Source of the DNA: Zygnema circumcarinatum SAG 698-1b
Taxonomy: Eukaryota > Plantae > Zygnematophyceae
Length of the DNA: 64,000 bases
Reading direction: 5' to 3'
Assembly: GCA_037447605.1 (NCBI GenBank)
Contig: CM074815.1
Coordinates: forward strand, 682,001 to 746,000
Position 1 is the first letter of the stretch. Every line of letters begins with the position of its first letter. This document shows, one piece after another, positions 52,685-64,000 of this stretch. The notes under the pieces were generated by a model. The model was given only the letters and a program-made list of their open reading frames with translations. It had not been told where the DNA came from and did no database searches. Both the position numbers and the translations under genes were made by a program.

Positions 52685-53352
52685 TTAAGTTGTTTAAAGA
52701 GTTGTTGGGCACATTGAAATTTGCTTGAATTGCATCGCTCGGGTTGGTTCGGCCTTGTGAGAGGAGGGCGAAGTTGTATGGAAAACTGAGATCACGCCAG
52801 GTTTGCAAACCGGCGGCGGCGGTTTGCAACTCGATGACGTCAGGCTTTGCCAACTGCCACGTGGCAACATATTCGTTTACCGATTTTGACGCGCCTTGAC
52901 TCGCCTTGACCTGGTTGACTGCCACTGACCAATGTTTGTTCTTTATGCCGTAATCGTTTCCTAGGCGACAAATTCGTGCCGGACTTACGGTCAAAGGAAG
53001 GTACGCCACAATCATAATGGGCGGCAAGGATGTCGCTCTCGTCCAAATTAACCGTACATATGGGTGGTTGCCACCGGTGTTAATATGTACGAACGTACGG
53101 CAATTTTGGATCTTTGGAAAAGGTTTGCGGGGCGCGGCCGGGCGGATACAGTAGGGAGTTGGCAATGGAAAGCTACGTCCGTACGGTACGGTAAAAACCG
53201 TTATCTTGTACTGTACGATTGTTTGTACGGGTCCGAGGTGGGTACTGTACTGTACCGGTAAAGGTCATAATCTGGTAGGTCGGGGTTTGGCTGTCGTTCT
53301 TGGGTCGTGCTTTATTGAGAGTATATCGTACTTGGTTCATGTAGCAAACTTT

Positions 53353-53440
53353 CATTGAACTCGCGATGGCGAGGCCATCAAATGTACATGGATAAAGGCA
53401 AAACGTGGAACCACGAAGGACTGGTCACAAAGGACCGAAA
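53353..53440 (+). other. Dispersed double-hairpin motif (copy 3)
   Basis: TGAACTCGCGATGGCGAGGCCATCAAATGTACATGG...GGAACCACGAAGGACTGGTCACAAAGGACC, lying between direct repeats CGTACTTGGTTCATGT (~53328 and ~53558). Confidence 0.7.
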
Positions 53441-54274
53441 CACAATAAAACAAAGCTAGGAGCGGAAAACTACGCCTAGGCACAACAACGCAGCCCTAGA
53501 AGCAGCCGCGAAGGTAAAGGTCGGTGGTTCATGTCGTTTTACTGTAGAGGGTAAGGCGTACTTGGTTCATGTCTTTATCGAGACTAATAAGCCGAAGGGA
53601 TAGCAGCCAATCACAGCGCTCCATTTCAGGGAAAGTGCTTACGTGGCACCACCTGATGGCGTACCAGAGAATGTGCCCTCAGTAATGGAAGCTGACCCTT
53701 GGTAAAGTCAAGAACAATATTGTACATGGATCATCCATGATCTGGGCACAATTTGTGGCTAGATTGTACCTCGCTTACCGTACGGAATATCGTGCGGAAG
53801 GATGGTCCTTGATAAAGTTCTACCGGATCGGCCCCAATCTTACCAAACTATCCGTATCTCCCACCCAACATGGTCCTCGATAAAGTCACACCGCGTCGGC
53901 GGTTGCGAATGCATCCGGGCAAGAAAAGATAAAAGAAAAGAATATGAAAGAATTTTAAAAAAACACAAAAAAAAAGAATTCCAGATGCAAAAAATTGCCA
54001 AATTCCACGTGGCCATAAATTCAATGTGCCACGTCTGTCACGTGTACCCACCTGTCCGTACGTCAACCTCGATCGTACGGTACAACATGCAACACTTCAA
54101 TACGAAGCTTCGCCGTGGCTCAAATCTGTAAAAATTTTCAAGTTTTTCTAAATCTGCCCTTCATCATTTTTCAGGGCAGGCCCGTTTCAGGCCCGTTCCA
54201 GGCCCCCAGGCGGCCGCTCTGTTTTGTCGCCTTCTGGGCCCTCTTGGACGGCGAAGAAGGCGTCGCAGAAGCCT

Positions 54275-54284
54275 GCCACGTGGC
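54275..54284. promoter_or_regulatory. G-box/ABRE-like palindrome GCCACGTGGC upstream of the RING gene
   Basis: Perfect palindrome in a GC-rich likely 5' region, followed by a telo-box-like AACCCTAA (~54303). Function not shown. Confidence 0.4.
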
Positions 54285-55034
54285 GCCCTCTCTCTGGCTC
54301 TGAACCCTAAGCCCTACCTGCTGTGGCGGACGAGGAGGTGGGCAGACAGGAGGAGGGTTTAGGCGGGGGGGGGGAGGGTAGAGGGTTCAGGGCCTCAAGG
54401 CGGGCAGGGAGCCAGGAAGGAGAGAGGGTCGGTCTGTTTTCTTGTTTTGTAGGGTTTTGGAAGGCGCATTTTGGAAGGGTTTTGGAAGAGATTTGAGGTA
54501 GGGGAGGGAGGGAGGGGCTTCGTTAGGGCTGAGCGCTCAGGGTTGGAGATTTTAGGGTGTTTTTGTATGGTCTGGTTGAATCTTGTTGACTTGACTTGAC
54601 TTGCCTTGACTTGGACTTGCAGGGAGAAGCTCTGAAGTTCTATAATCCAACGAGGGGGAAAATTACGAACTGTGAACTGAATACAAGGAACATCAGTCCT
54701 GCCACTCTTCAGTTCCCAGCAGCACTTTTATGTCCAGAACTGTACTGAAATTGAAACTGAAACTGTTCACATGCGTACATGCGGCGGGGATGCCGTGTGA
54801 CTGCAGCAAGATGGGAAGCAAAACCGCAAGTCCTTTTGGCTTAATTTTGAGATGTGGGGCAACTCAACATAGATAGGGGCTACTTCTTTTCCTTTTCTTC
54901 AAGAAAAATCTGAGCAGCATTTTAGGTTTTCTTCCAAGTATTAATATAGTACCCTTATTCCTAATTCCCTACTACATCTGCCACTCTGTGTTGATTCATT
55001 CAATTAGCCGTTACCGTAAAACTGTTACGTAGAA

Positions 55035-58000
55035 ATGGAGAGATCGTCGTCTGTACCTCCTAACGCCTCGGACCTTTCTACCCCCTTGTTGGGAAGAACA
55101 GGAAGCTCAAATGGAGCTCGAAGTAATAGTAGTAGTGGTGGTAGCGCAACCTCTAATAGTAGTAGTAGCAGTCTTCATAGGGGCCGTACATTGGAGGCAG
55201 CTCGGTATTTACGCCGCGCAGGAAGTAGCCGATTCATGCGAGAGCAGTCGGTGGTAGTGAGGGGGACGGCGGCTGAGCAGGTTCGCGCATTCGAAACCCT
55301 AATTTTGTTTACCTTAGGAGGGAAGGAAGAGAAAAGGTGGAGAGAAGGAGAGGGGAAGAGAGCGAGAAGAGGGGAGGGTGCGGAAGGGTATATGGGGGAC
55401 AGAGTATGGAGGGAAAGGGGGGAAGAGTTTGAGATTTTGTCTCCAATGGGTGGTGGTATTTTTTTTTGGGTTTCTGAACTTTTCAACGGTTACTGTCTAA
55501 GCTTCCTGTATAGTGAAGCTTTTCTAAAATGAACGAATATAGTCGCAGAGAGTTTATACAGCAGCTCAATATCCTGTGCCGCCTTTCCTGCTCTCTCTCG
55601 CTCACTTCCCCCGTCCCTCCCCTTCCCCTTCCTCCCCCTCACTCCCCCCTCCCCTCTCCCCCTCCTCTCCCTCTCTCGCTCTCTTGACCCCGTCTCTTTC
55701 CAAGCCCCTCCCTCCCTCCTCCCTCCTCCCTCCTCCCTCCTCCNNNNNNNNNNCCCTCCCCTCGCTCGCTCTCTTCACCCCGTCTCCCTCCCCCTCCCCC
55801 CCTCCCCTCCCTATCTCCCTCCCTCTTCCCTCCTTGTACCTCAACTTCCCAGTTTCTGTTTTTTCTTTATCCCTGCAGCTTGAGGAGCGGCAGAGCGATT
55901 GGGCCTATTCCCGGCCGGTTGTAGTGCTCGACCTCATATGGAACCTTGCCTTTGTCACAGTCACCGCTGCAGTCCTCATAGTGAGCAAGAGGGAGAGGCC
56001 TCCCGCCCCTCTCAGGCTTTGGGTGGTGGGCTACGCCGTGCAGTGCATTATCCACATGGTCTGTGTGTGGTCGGAGTATCGCAGGAGGAGGGAGGCCAAC
56101 AGTGGGACGGAGAGTCGAGCCTCTCTCCCTTCCTTGGTGCAGGCTCAGCGGGGAGCAGGAAGAGGCAGTTTGAGGAGGATTCAGAGCGGAGAAGTGATGG
56201 AGAGTGATGAGGAGGGCGAGGGAGAGGGAGTGGGGCAGCCGGAGAGAGCCAGGTGAGGGGAGGGGAGGGAGGGAGGGAGGGAGGGAGGAGGTGTAGGGGT
56301 AAAGGTTGAAACATGGGGAACTTGGGGTTTCGGAGTGTTAGAGAATTCTGTTTTTTGGAGCTCTGGTAAATTTGACGAGGTTTTTATTTAGAAGGCCTTT
56401 CAGCTGCAAAGTAGATATAGGAAGTAGAGCATTCAGACCTAGTCATGGTTTTTGGGGTATTTTTTGTCGCGTTTGGGCAGTTAAAGTTTTAAGATTATGT
56501 GATTCTGAGTTGCACAGGTCTTCCTTTTTTCGCAAGAAGTAGAACGCATTAATGAGCTGCTGCGGGGTTGCTGTACTTTCCATTGGGTTACTTTTATGTT
56601 GAGGTGGAGAGTACAGCAGGGATATGTCCAGGATGTGGAGGGAGAGGAGGGAGATGGGAGGGAGTGCATTGAATGGGGGACAGGGAGGTGAGGCAGAGTT
56701 AATGCGGATATGGCGAGATAGGGAGGTGCAAAGGGACACTATAAACCAAGCAGATGGGGAGGAGGGAGAGGAGAAGAGAGAGAAGGAGGGCGGGAGAGAG
56801 GGAGAGATGAGGGTTGAAAGAGAGAGACAGAGAGATGTGGGCGCCTACTTATCAGATTTCAATGGGTCTCTCGTGCAGCGTGGCGAAACGGATGGAGTCC
56901 CTTAACACAATGCTTTCCTTTGTTTGGTGGATTATTGGATTTTGGTGTATCCTATCCGGCATCGATAGTGGTTTCCAAACAGCTCCCACGCTTTCCTGGT
57001 AATATCCGCTTTCCTCAAATAACTGCATTTGATGCACAAAATTTGATTACGAAACCCTTTGGAGGGTGTTCTTATTTACTCACGGGAGTGATATTGGTCT
57101 GCACGACGAGACAAGAAACGTAGATATGTTTATTTTATCTTGTATTCAATTGACTCTGAAGCACAACCTTTAGCGTTGGGTAGGAAAACCACACATACCT
57201 TGGCTCACTTATGGTTCCTTTTTTACTTTTGATTTCATTTTTCTTTCCTATTTCCCTTTCTTTCTTGTGACGCAGGCTGTGTACAATATTTCTCGCATTC
57301 GACGTTTTCTTTGTGGTGTTCTGCATCGCTTTGTTTTGTGTCATTGGAATCGCCGTGTGCTGCTGTCTCCCATGCATTATCGCCATCCTTTATGCAGTGG
57401 CGGATCAGGTGAGCTTGCAAGGAGGAGAGAGAGACGAGGGGAGACGGGGAGGGTGAGAGGAAAGGAAGAGAGAAATAAGGAATAGGAACAGAGTGGTGGA
57501 GGAGAGAGTCTAGGGAAGCGAGTTGGGAAGAGAGCGCAAGTGTACGTGCAATGGGGAAGGAGAGAGGGAGAAGAGAGGGAGAGGGATGGAGAGGAGAGAG
57601 TACCGAATGTACCTATGTATAGCGGTAGGCCTTCCTGTTTATCTGTTTATGCTGGACCCTAGAACTGAACAAACCGACCTAACTAAGGTTGGTTTGCAGT
57701 GAATTTGACAAAAGGAAGGGAGGGAGGGGAGAGTGTTCTGTCTGGCTTATTACCACTGGCATCATTTAGCATTTAATTATCAGAAGGTCTTAATCCCATG
57801 TCATATTTTCTAACCACTTAGGGTTGACACGTGGCAGGAGGGAGCCTCCGAAGAGGATATCAAAGCCCTGCCGAAATACAAATTTCGACAGCTGTCAGAC
57901 GACGACTGGGAGGTGGGAGAGGAAGTGGATGGGAAGCTTGTGAGGAGAGGAGGAGTGATGTCACTCGTGGGAGGAGCCAAGGAGCAGCAGACGGAGCGAA

Positions 58001-58062
58001 CTTTGTCTGCAGAGGATGCTGTCAGTAACCTATTCCTTCTTTCCCTGCCCCACTCTCCGCCC

Positions 58063-58109
<47 letters not shown>

Positions 58110-58687
58110 TCGCTCCCCCTCTCCCTCTCTCCCTTTCTCCCTCTCTCCCTCTCTTCCTCTCTCCCTCTCTCTCTCTCTTCCTCTCTCCCTTTATCCCTCT
58201 CTCCCTTTCTCCCTCACTCCCTCACTCCCTCTCTCCCTCTCTCCCTCTCTCCCTCTCTCCCTCTCCCCCTCTCCCTCTCCCTCTCCCTCTCTCCCTCTCT
58301 GGTCTACACACACACCTCTCGCACACACCCTCCCCCCTCACCCCTCCCTTCCCCCCGCCCCTCCCCAAAACCAAAAAGCTAAAAAATGTATCCTTCTGCT
58401 GCTGCTACTCCGCTATTGGGTCTTACCCTCAACCCCATCCCCCCCCACCCCCCCTCCCCCCTGCGCAGGAGTGCTGCATCTGCCTCTCCGCGTACGACGA
58501 CGGGTCGGAGCTGCGCGAGCTGCCCTGCCTGCACCACTTCCACTGCGTCTGCATCGACAAGTGGCTCCGCACCAAACCCACCTGCCCGCTCTGCAAGTAC
58601 GACATAGTGCACGGGAGGGATGGGCCGGAGAACGGAGCCAATGAGAGCGCGCCTTCAGGAGGAGAAGCAACGGACGAGAATGTCTAG
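55035..58687 (+). CDS. Transmembrane RING-H2 E3 ubiquitin ligase (At1g63170/At1g12760-like family)
   Basis: Exons 55035-55280, 55879-56252, 56879-56998, 57276-57408, 57838-58020 and 58469-58687: [78 protein letters not shown]...[16 protein letters not shown]...CPLCK. Confidence 0.96.
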
Positions 58688-60283
58688 AGTTTGAACGGGG
58701 CCTCATCGTATCTGGTTTCAGGCCCTACTCGTTCAATCATGGCTTTTTATAGATGGGGATTTCCTGGTGCGAACACGACTTAAACTTACCGACCGGTTCA
58801 AGGGTTCTCCTCCTCCCCTTGACTGGGCGTCTGACTACGCCCTCCCACCCCGTTCTATGTCCCGAAATTAACTGAACTGAGGTACCTTACCTCACCCTCG
58901 TACTCAGCGGCACACCCGTCATTCTTTAAAACTCGTTTTAGGTCATGTCTATACTCAGTCTTTGGAAGCAAAATGTACCATTTGTCCTCTCTCTCTCACA
59001 TACACACACTCCCTCTTCCCCCCTCCTAGAGGACATGTTACTCAAACTGTAAAGGAAATTGTTGTTGCACTTTTTTGGGTGTGGTAGTCAAGAGGCGTTA
59101 AAGGCCTTCTCATGGGTACAGGGTTGTCTAGTTTCTGTGAGATGCGGAGATATCAGGGTTTACATGTGGTCGTTTCCGTTGGGTAACACGGTTTCCTCAT
59201 GATAAAGTTCGAACACGACAAATTTGGGACACTTTTTTTTTTTTTCCCTTTTTTGGGGTCTCTCTCTAATCAATGCTCCCTCGTAGTGTGTACCGGTTAG
59301 CAGTCAAAAAAAAAAAATCTGTACTTTTTGTCACTCTTTTTTGTAACTTGCTGACCAAAAAAATATTGAATCGTCATCAATTGGATCGGTCTCTGCAGTT
59401 TGCTGGTTGGGAGCTTCAAGGGGTGCTGACGGTGAAATCGCTTCATATCTTTCTTAGGATGCAAACCCTATTTTTGTTGTTACACTAAAATTACTAAGAA
59501 CCCAAAACGCTAAACTGAAATGCTGCCGTTTCAGCTCGAAGGCTGTCTTTTGTGGACCCAAAGATTTACATATTGTTCTTCGGTTACTGAATCTGTCGGT
59601 CCGTCAGTTGGCAGCTGCCTGGTCGACCAGTTCGTGGTCGGTCGAATCAGGCATAAAGGAGTGTGAAAAGACACTTCAGTGATATTTCCGTTGGCAGTTT
59701 TTAGACATTTCTCCAGCTCTGCAAGATTTACCTCAAGGGTGCTATGTGAGAAAAAATCGAATTCGGAATTCGAAATCCGTTGAATTTGGAATGCGCGAAT
59801 TGGGGTTTGCTGAGCTGAAATTTGTTTATTAGTGTGGCCAAACTCCTGAACATGGACCCAAAAAGAGACCAGGAAGAAGGAAGGTATCGAGGAGAAGTTG
59901 AGAGAAGCGAGAGAGAGACGCGTGTGTGAGAGAGAGCTTAGAATGCATTGCCCTTAGAGCTGCAGGTGAGTTAAAGTCAAAAGATTCTCAAAGTCACCAT
60001 CAAGAAACCAAAGTTAAACACTAAAAGGAAAAATGGAAAGCGCCTTCCCTAAATTTTGAACGGGGATCAAGGGCATAGATGAAAAAAAAAAAAAAAAAAT
60101 AGGGCCTCGAGAAACTAAGCAAGTTGACGTGCAAAACTGCTAATCATAGCAGACCAGTGAACCCACCAAAACGTGGAGGAGCTGTCAAGCTTCGGGAGCA
60201 GGGAGCTTTTTTGAGAATTGAACAGTAAAAATGCTGATAGTGGATGCAGAGGGAGTTGTCGAGTTAGCACGTCAGGATTGGGC

Positions 60284-61963
60284 TCAGCTCGACTTGAGGG
60301 CGCCACAGCACCTGAAGCACCGAATGCGAAGTTCATGTGACATCGACATTGGCGGAGATAAAGTAATTATTGTGTTCAAGCGATGGGAGCACAAATGACG
60401 TTACATGTGATGAGAAGGAGACGGATGTTGTGGTAACAATGTGATGTTGTCATGATGTGGTACTGACTCGATGCTATGATTAGGATGATGATGATGATGT
60501 CGTGATGTGATGTTGATGAGGATGTGATCATCATTATGATGATGATGTGATGATGATGATGTTGATGTTGATGATGTTGATGTTGATGTTGATGATGATG
60601 ATGATGATGTCGTGATGTGATGTTGTTGAGGATGCGATCATCATTATGATGATGATGATGTGATGATGATGATATGATGATGACGATGATGATGTTGATG
60701 TTGATGTTGATGATGAGGATGATGATGTGATGATGATGATGTGATGACGGAGTGATGTACGGCGGCCCACCGTTTGAACCTCTTCCCGGAGCCGCACGGG
60801 CAGGCGGCGTTGCGCGAGGGCTGCCCTCCCTCCGCGAGCGACCGCGAGGGGGCAGCGCTCCACGGGCCGCCCATCAGCCGCTCCATCTGCATGCATACGT
60901 CACCCGCATCCGTCAGCACGCGGTCCACTATATGGCGGGACATAGCGGAGAGGGGCAGGAATAGAGGGAGAGATGCGAGAAATTCCGTAACCTTGACTGC
61001 GTTAAACTGACTGCTTTTCGACTATGTATAGTTCCTGGCATTTTCCTCCATCCCTCACCTCCTCCATAGTCTTCGGTAGGGGCTTCCCCTCCTCCTTCAG
61101 CCGCTGCACTTTCTCGGCGGCATCTCGAAACCACTCGTACTTTACTATGACATTGCTGACGTCAGCGACGGAGCAGCCACATTCCCTTGCCACTCGTGCA
61201 CGCGCATCAGTTGTGAACTGCACATAGAAAAACAGCAGCACATTGCTTCAACACATTTTGGCCACTTTTACATCACAGGTTTAGCCAGTTCTACATCACA
61301 TAGCCACTTCCTGCATCACAGAGACACCAAGGGGGGAAAAAATATTGAAGCTTTAAACTACGTGAGAGGTTGGCAACTTCTCAAGTCTTTCAAAGTTCTA
61401 AAATGTGCCTATCTCTTAAATTTTGAGAAGTGTTGGGTTAAAGGATTTTACCAGCTTTAAGTCGTTTTTCTCTGCCTGAGTCATGGCCAAAATGATCTGC
61501 TCCTGCCTCTCTAAGGAGCGTACGACCAATGTCTCGCCGCCACGTGGCAGGCCGCGTCCAAACTGAGTGAGGCTCCCAAAGCCGCGCGCCTTCTTCATTT
61601 GATCCGCAAACTCTGCCTCCCGCAAACAGAAAACCCTAAAAACCCTAAAATTCTACAACGAAGGAAACATAGAAATCTTTCCTAAGAAATTTAAAACAAT
61701 CAAACAACTAAAAGACCACCACCACCAGACTTTAAAGGACAGTGTTTGCATTAAGAAAACAAACTCGGTCTGTGCTTTGAAGGTAAGTGCTTACGATCAA
61801 GCGAGAGAGCCTCCTTTTCCGCCGATTTCTCTCCTCCCCAAATCGCCCCCTTCAGCCTACCAAGCCATGAGCCTCTTCCATCTCCACCATGGCTGCTCCC
61901 CTTTCCTCCCTCTCCTCCTCCTCCTCCCGCCATGGCTCCCTGTCTCTCACTCATCCCCGCCAT
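60284..61963 (-). CDS. SEC-C (CPCGSGK) zinc-motif protein with an SRP54 M-domain-like region (At3g04950-like)
   Basis: Exons >=61963-61795, 61612-61452, 61217-61059, 60886-60771 and 60311-60284 in phase: QFADQMKKARGFG...LERQEQII...ARVARECGCSVADVSNVIVKYEW...GKPLPKTMEE...RNAACPCGSGKRFKR|CCG. The start could be as far upstream as ATG 62344. Confidence 0.88.
60420..60745 (+). repeat. Degenerate (GAT)n/(GTT)n trinucleotide tract in the last intron of the SEC-C gene
   Basis: Read directly. Confidence 0.9.
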
Positions 61964-62317
61964 ACCTCTCTTCTCCAAACCCTGCTCTCGCCGAACCCTC
62001 CAACCGCTCGTTTCCTCTCCTACCCCCCTCGGCCTCCTCTCCCCTCCCTCCCTCCGTAGGGTCTGTGCAAAGGTCTGCAGTTCCCGCCATGGCTGCCGGT
62101 TGAGAGGTTTTGGAGAGTTTTGGAGCTGCAAGGGCCCCCTTTCGGGACACGAGGCATCGGTGCTGGGAGAAGGGGTGCCTGTGAGGGAGGAGAGGGAGGA
62201 GTGGGAAAGGGAGAGGGAGAGGGAGGAGGAGGATTCAAGGCCATGGCGGCTGGAAGCCGCGGAGAAGAGAGGCCACGACAGCGAGAAGGGCGGCCATGGT
62301 TGCTGCAGCAGAGAATT

Positions 62318-62370
62318 GCCACGTGGCGCGGCCTGGCGCCACATGGCACGACGAGCGAGTGCCACGTGGA
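62318..62370. promoter_or_regulatory. Paired G-box motifs (GCCACGTGGC, GCCACGTGGA) 5' of the SEC-C gene
   Basis: At 62318-62327 and 62361-62370. Could be partly coding if the ATG at 62344 is used. Confidence 0.35.
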
Positions 62371-63304
62371 GGGAGCGGTGATGCCCGAGGGGGAATGCCC
62401 AGGACCCGGATCCACGCGTGTCCAATAGGTGGACCTTGCCACGTTGATCTCCAATGGGAAGGCGCCACGGAAGCAGAAAAACTTCCTAATGCTCGACATG
62501 GATTGGGTGGACCCGATTTTTGTGGAACCTGGAGCCTCCATGAGCCGTGGTAAAACGTGAACTGCCACATATAGCACTGTACGGCTGAATGGGGGAGGGG
62601 GTGCGACCGTATGAAGGGTCCGCGTTGTAGCGTAACGGAGCTGCGTTCGACGGATCTGCGTCAGGTCAATTGTACTTGACATATGCCTCTTCCGTGTCAC
62701 GGATCAACGGAATCCAGGAGCTGCCAACGGAGATTGAGAGAAGGCGGCGCCATGCGTTGGCGGCCCACGGAACAGCACACCATCCAGCAAGGCGCACTCG
62801 GGAGCACCGCCTAAGGCCGCCGATTATCATTCGTTNNNNNNNNNNCCGGATCCTGGCTCTATGCTGCAGGCAGACCCACAGCACCACCCCAACCCTACGT
62901 CAGTTTCAGCACGGACGCTCGGGTGGCCGTACAGCATCTGCGACTAGCTCAGCAATCTCCTTTTAACCCCACTTATCTTGTGCTACAGCGTCCAAGGGTC
63001 GTACGGACCGTACATGTGTACGAACCGTACGGGTGTACGAAAATGACGGCGCTGCATCTCCAAGGCCCAAGGGAAAATTCGGAGGGCTGCAACCGGGGGG
63101 ATCAGATTTAGCCCGGAGCGTACTAAATTCCCGAATTTAGTATACTAAAAGTCAAAGTTTCGTGTACGAATTCCGGGTCGGGATTCGTGGCTCCGCCGAA
63201 CCCAGCCGTACCGAAATGCGTACCTAGCCAATGCTCAACTCGCCCGACAGGCTTACTAAATTGATGTGCAGAATTTGTAAACCAAATTCATGTTAATGCA
63301 AAGA

Positions 63305-63545
63305 AACTTTTTGTGTGGTTCGTTGACTTAGGTGCTTCAAAACATATGGGGGTGACACTTCTCTCATTGCAGAAATACAACCTTTGGATAAAGCAAGTCC
63401 TGTCTTTCCAGCAACAAGAGATCAAATTGATCTCATACATAGTAAAACTGTTCAGTTGCTGCCTGTTAGAGAAGGCACAACTACCCAACTTAGAATTGGT
63501 AATGTCTTGCACACACCCACCTTACAGAACAATCTTTTTTTGTAA
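63305..63545 (+). pseudogene. Ty1/copia protease remnant
   Basis: WFVDLGASKHM (copia W-x-x-D-S-G-A-S-x-H-M motif), then after a frameshift LRIGNVLHTPTLQNNLF (LxNVLxxPxLxxNL). Confidence 0.7.
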
Positions 63546-64000
63546 GCCTAGTGTGTGGCAAAAGTTATGAAAGGGGTTTTTAGAAAAAATCATGCAAAAT
63601 ATTGCATAGGAACCAAAAAATTCTGTGTACTGTATAGGGACTTAAAAGGGGGGTACTACTTAGACTGGCATAAGGATTCGATTAGGGAGATTAGATTTCG
63701 ATTAGGGAGTCAGTAGCAGTAGCGCGTGCCACGGACAGACGGATTTATTTGGGTAGTTAAGGTTCAAGGATTTTAAGGGTTAAGGATTGTTTTGCAATAA
63801 ATTGGACCCCACTGAAATCTATTCCACTTGCCTGAATCCAGTTCAATTAAACTCAACCTGTTCAACTCAATACAGTCAAAACCCAACTGATCTCCAGAGT
63901 TTATCCCAATGAACTTGAAAAAAACCAAAAAAATCATAAAATTTTATACAAGCCATCCAACCCCTGTACAAAGGTCCCATCCGCCTTAACCCTAATCTGC

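Noticed and set aside
52635-53165. 176-aa minus-strand ORF
   Set aside because: Non-ATG start in the track, no recognisable motif, and within repeat-like intergenic DNA.
62590-63110. LINE or other coding remnant
   Set aside because: Short ORFs broken by a gap, with no RT or endonuclease motif recognisable.

Overview
Eukaryotic, intron-rich genomic DNA from a green plant lineage. The gene set (REN-type PH-RhoGAP, TM-RING-H2 E3, EXO5, plant LRR exons), telo-boxes and (GA)n/(CT)n-filled introns suggest a streptophyte alga, which is inference. It is a draft assembly with nine 10-N gaps and one 100-N gap. Most ORFs in the supplied track are artefacts of low-complexity sequence, so I rebuilt genes from GT-AG boundaries and reading-frame phase. 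Genes found: EXO5 (-, runs off the left edge), REN1/PHGAP-like RhoGAP, a two-domain USP gene (partly duplicated across a gap), two orphan 72-nt LRR exons, a conserved-looking unknown protein, a coiled-coil protein, a signal-anchored protein with a 3.1-kb exon, a TM-RING-H2 E3 ligase and a SEC-C-motif protein (-). Mobile DNA: two Ty1/copia remnants, two TA-flanked MITEs, a 773-bp CACAG-ended element with an 8-bp TSD, and a modular repeat complex (about 1.7-3.8 kb and 27.3-35.0 kb). No CRISPR array, rRNA or tRNA is supported. The most unusual signal is a non-coding repeat family with a ~92-bp period in two tiers: a palindromic CAACCATTG minisatellite, and a ~38-bp CCAAT-containing motif separated by hairpin spacers. 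One copy shows an apparent inversion between oppositely oriented motifs. A second candidate is a ~100-nt double-hairpin motif found three times in intergenic DNA.
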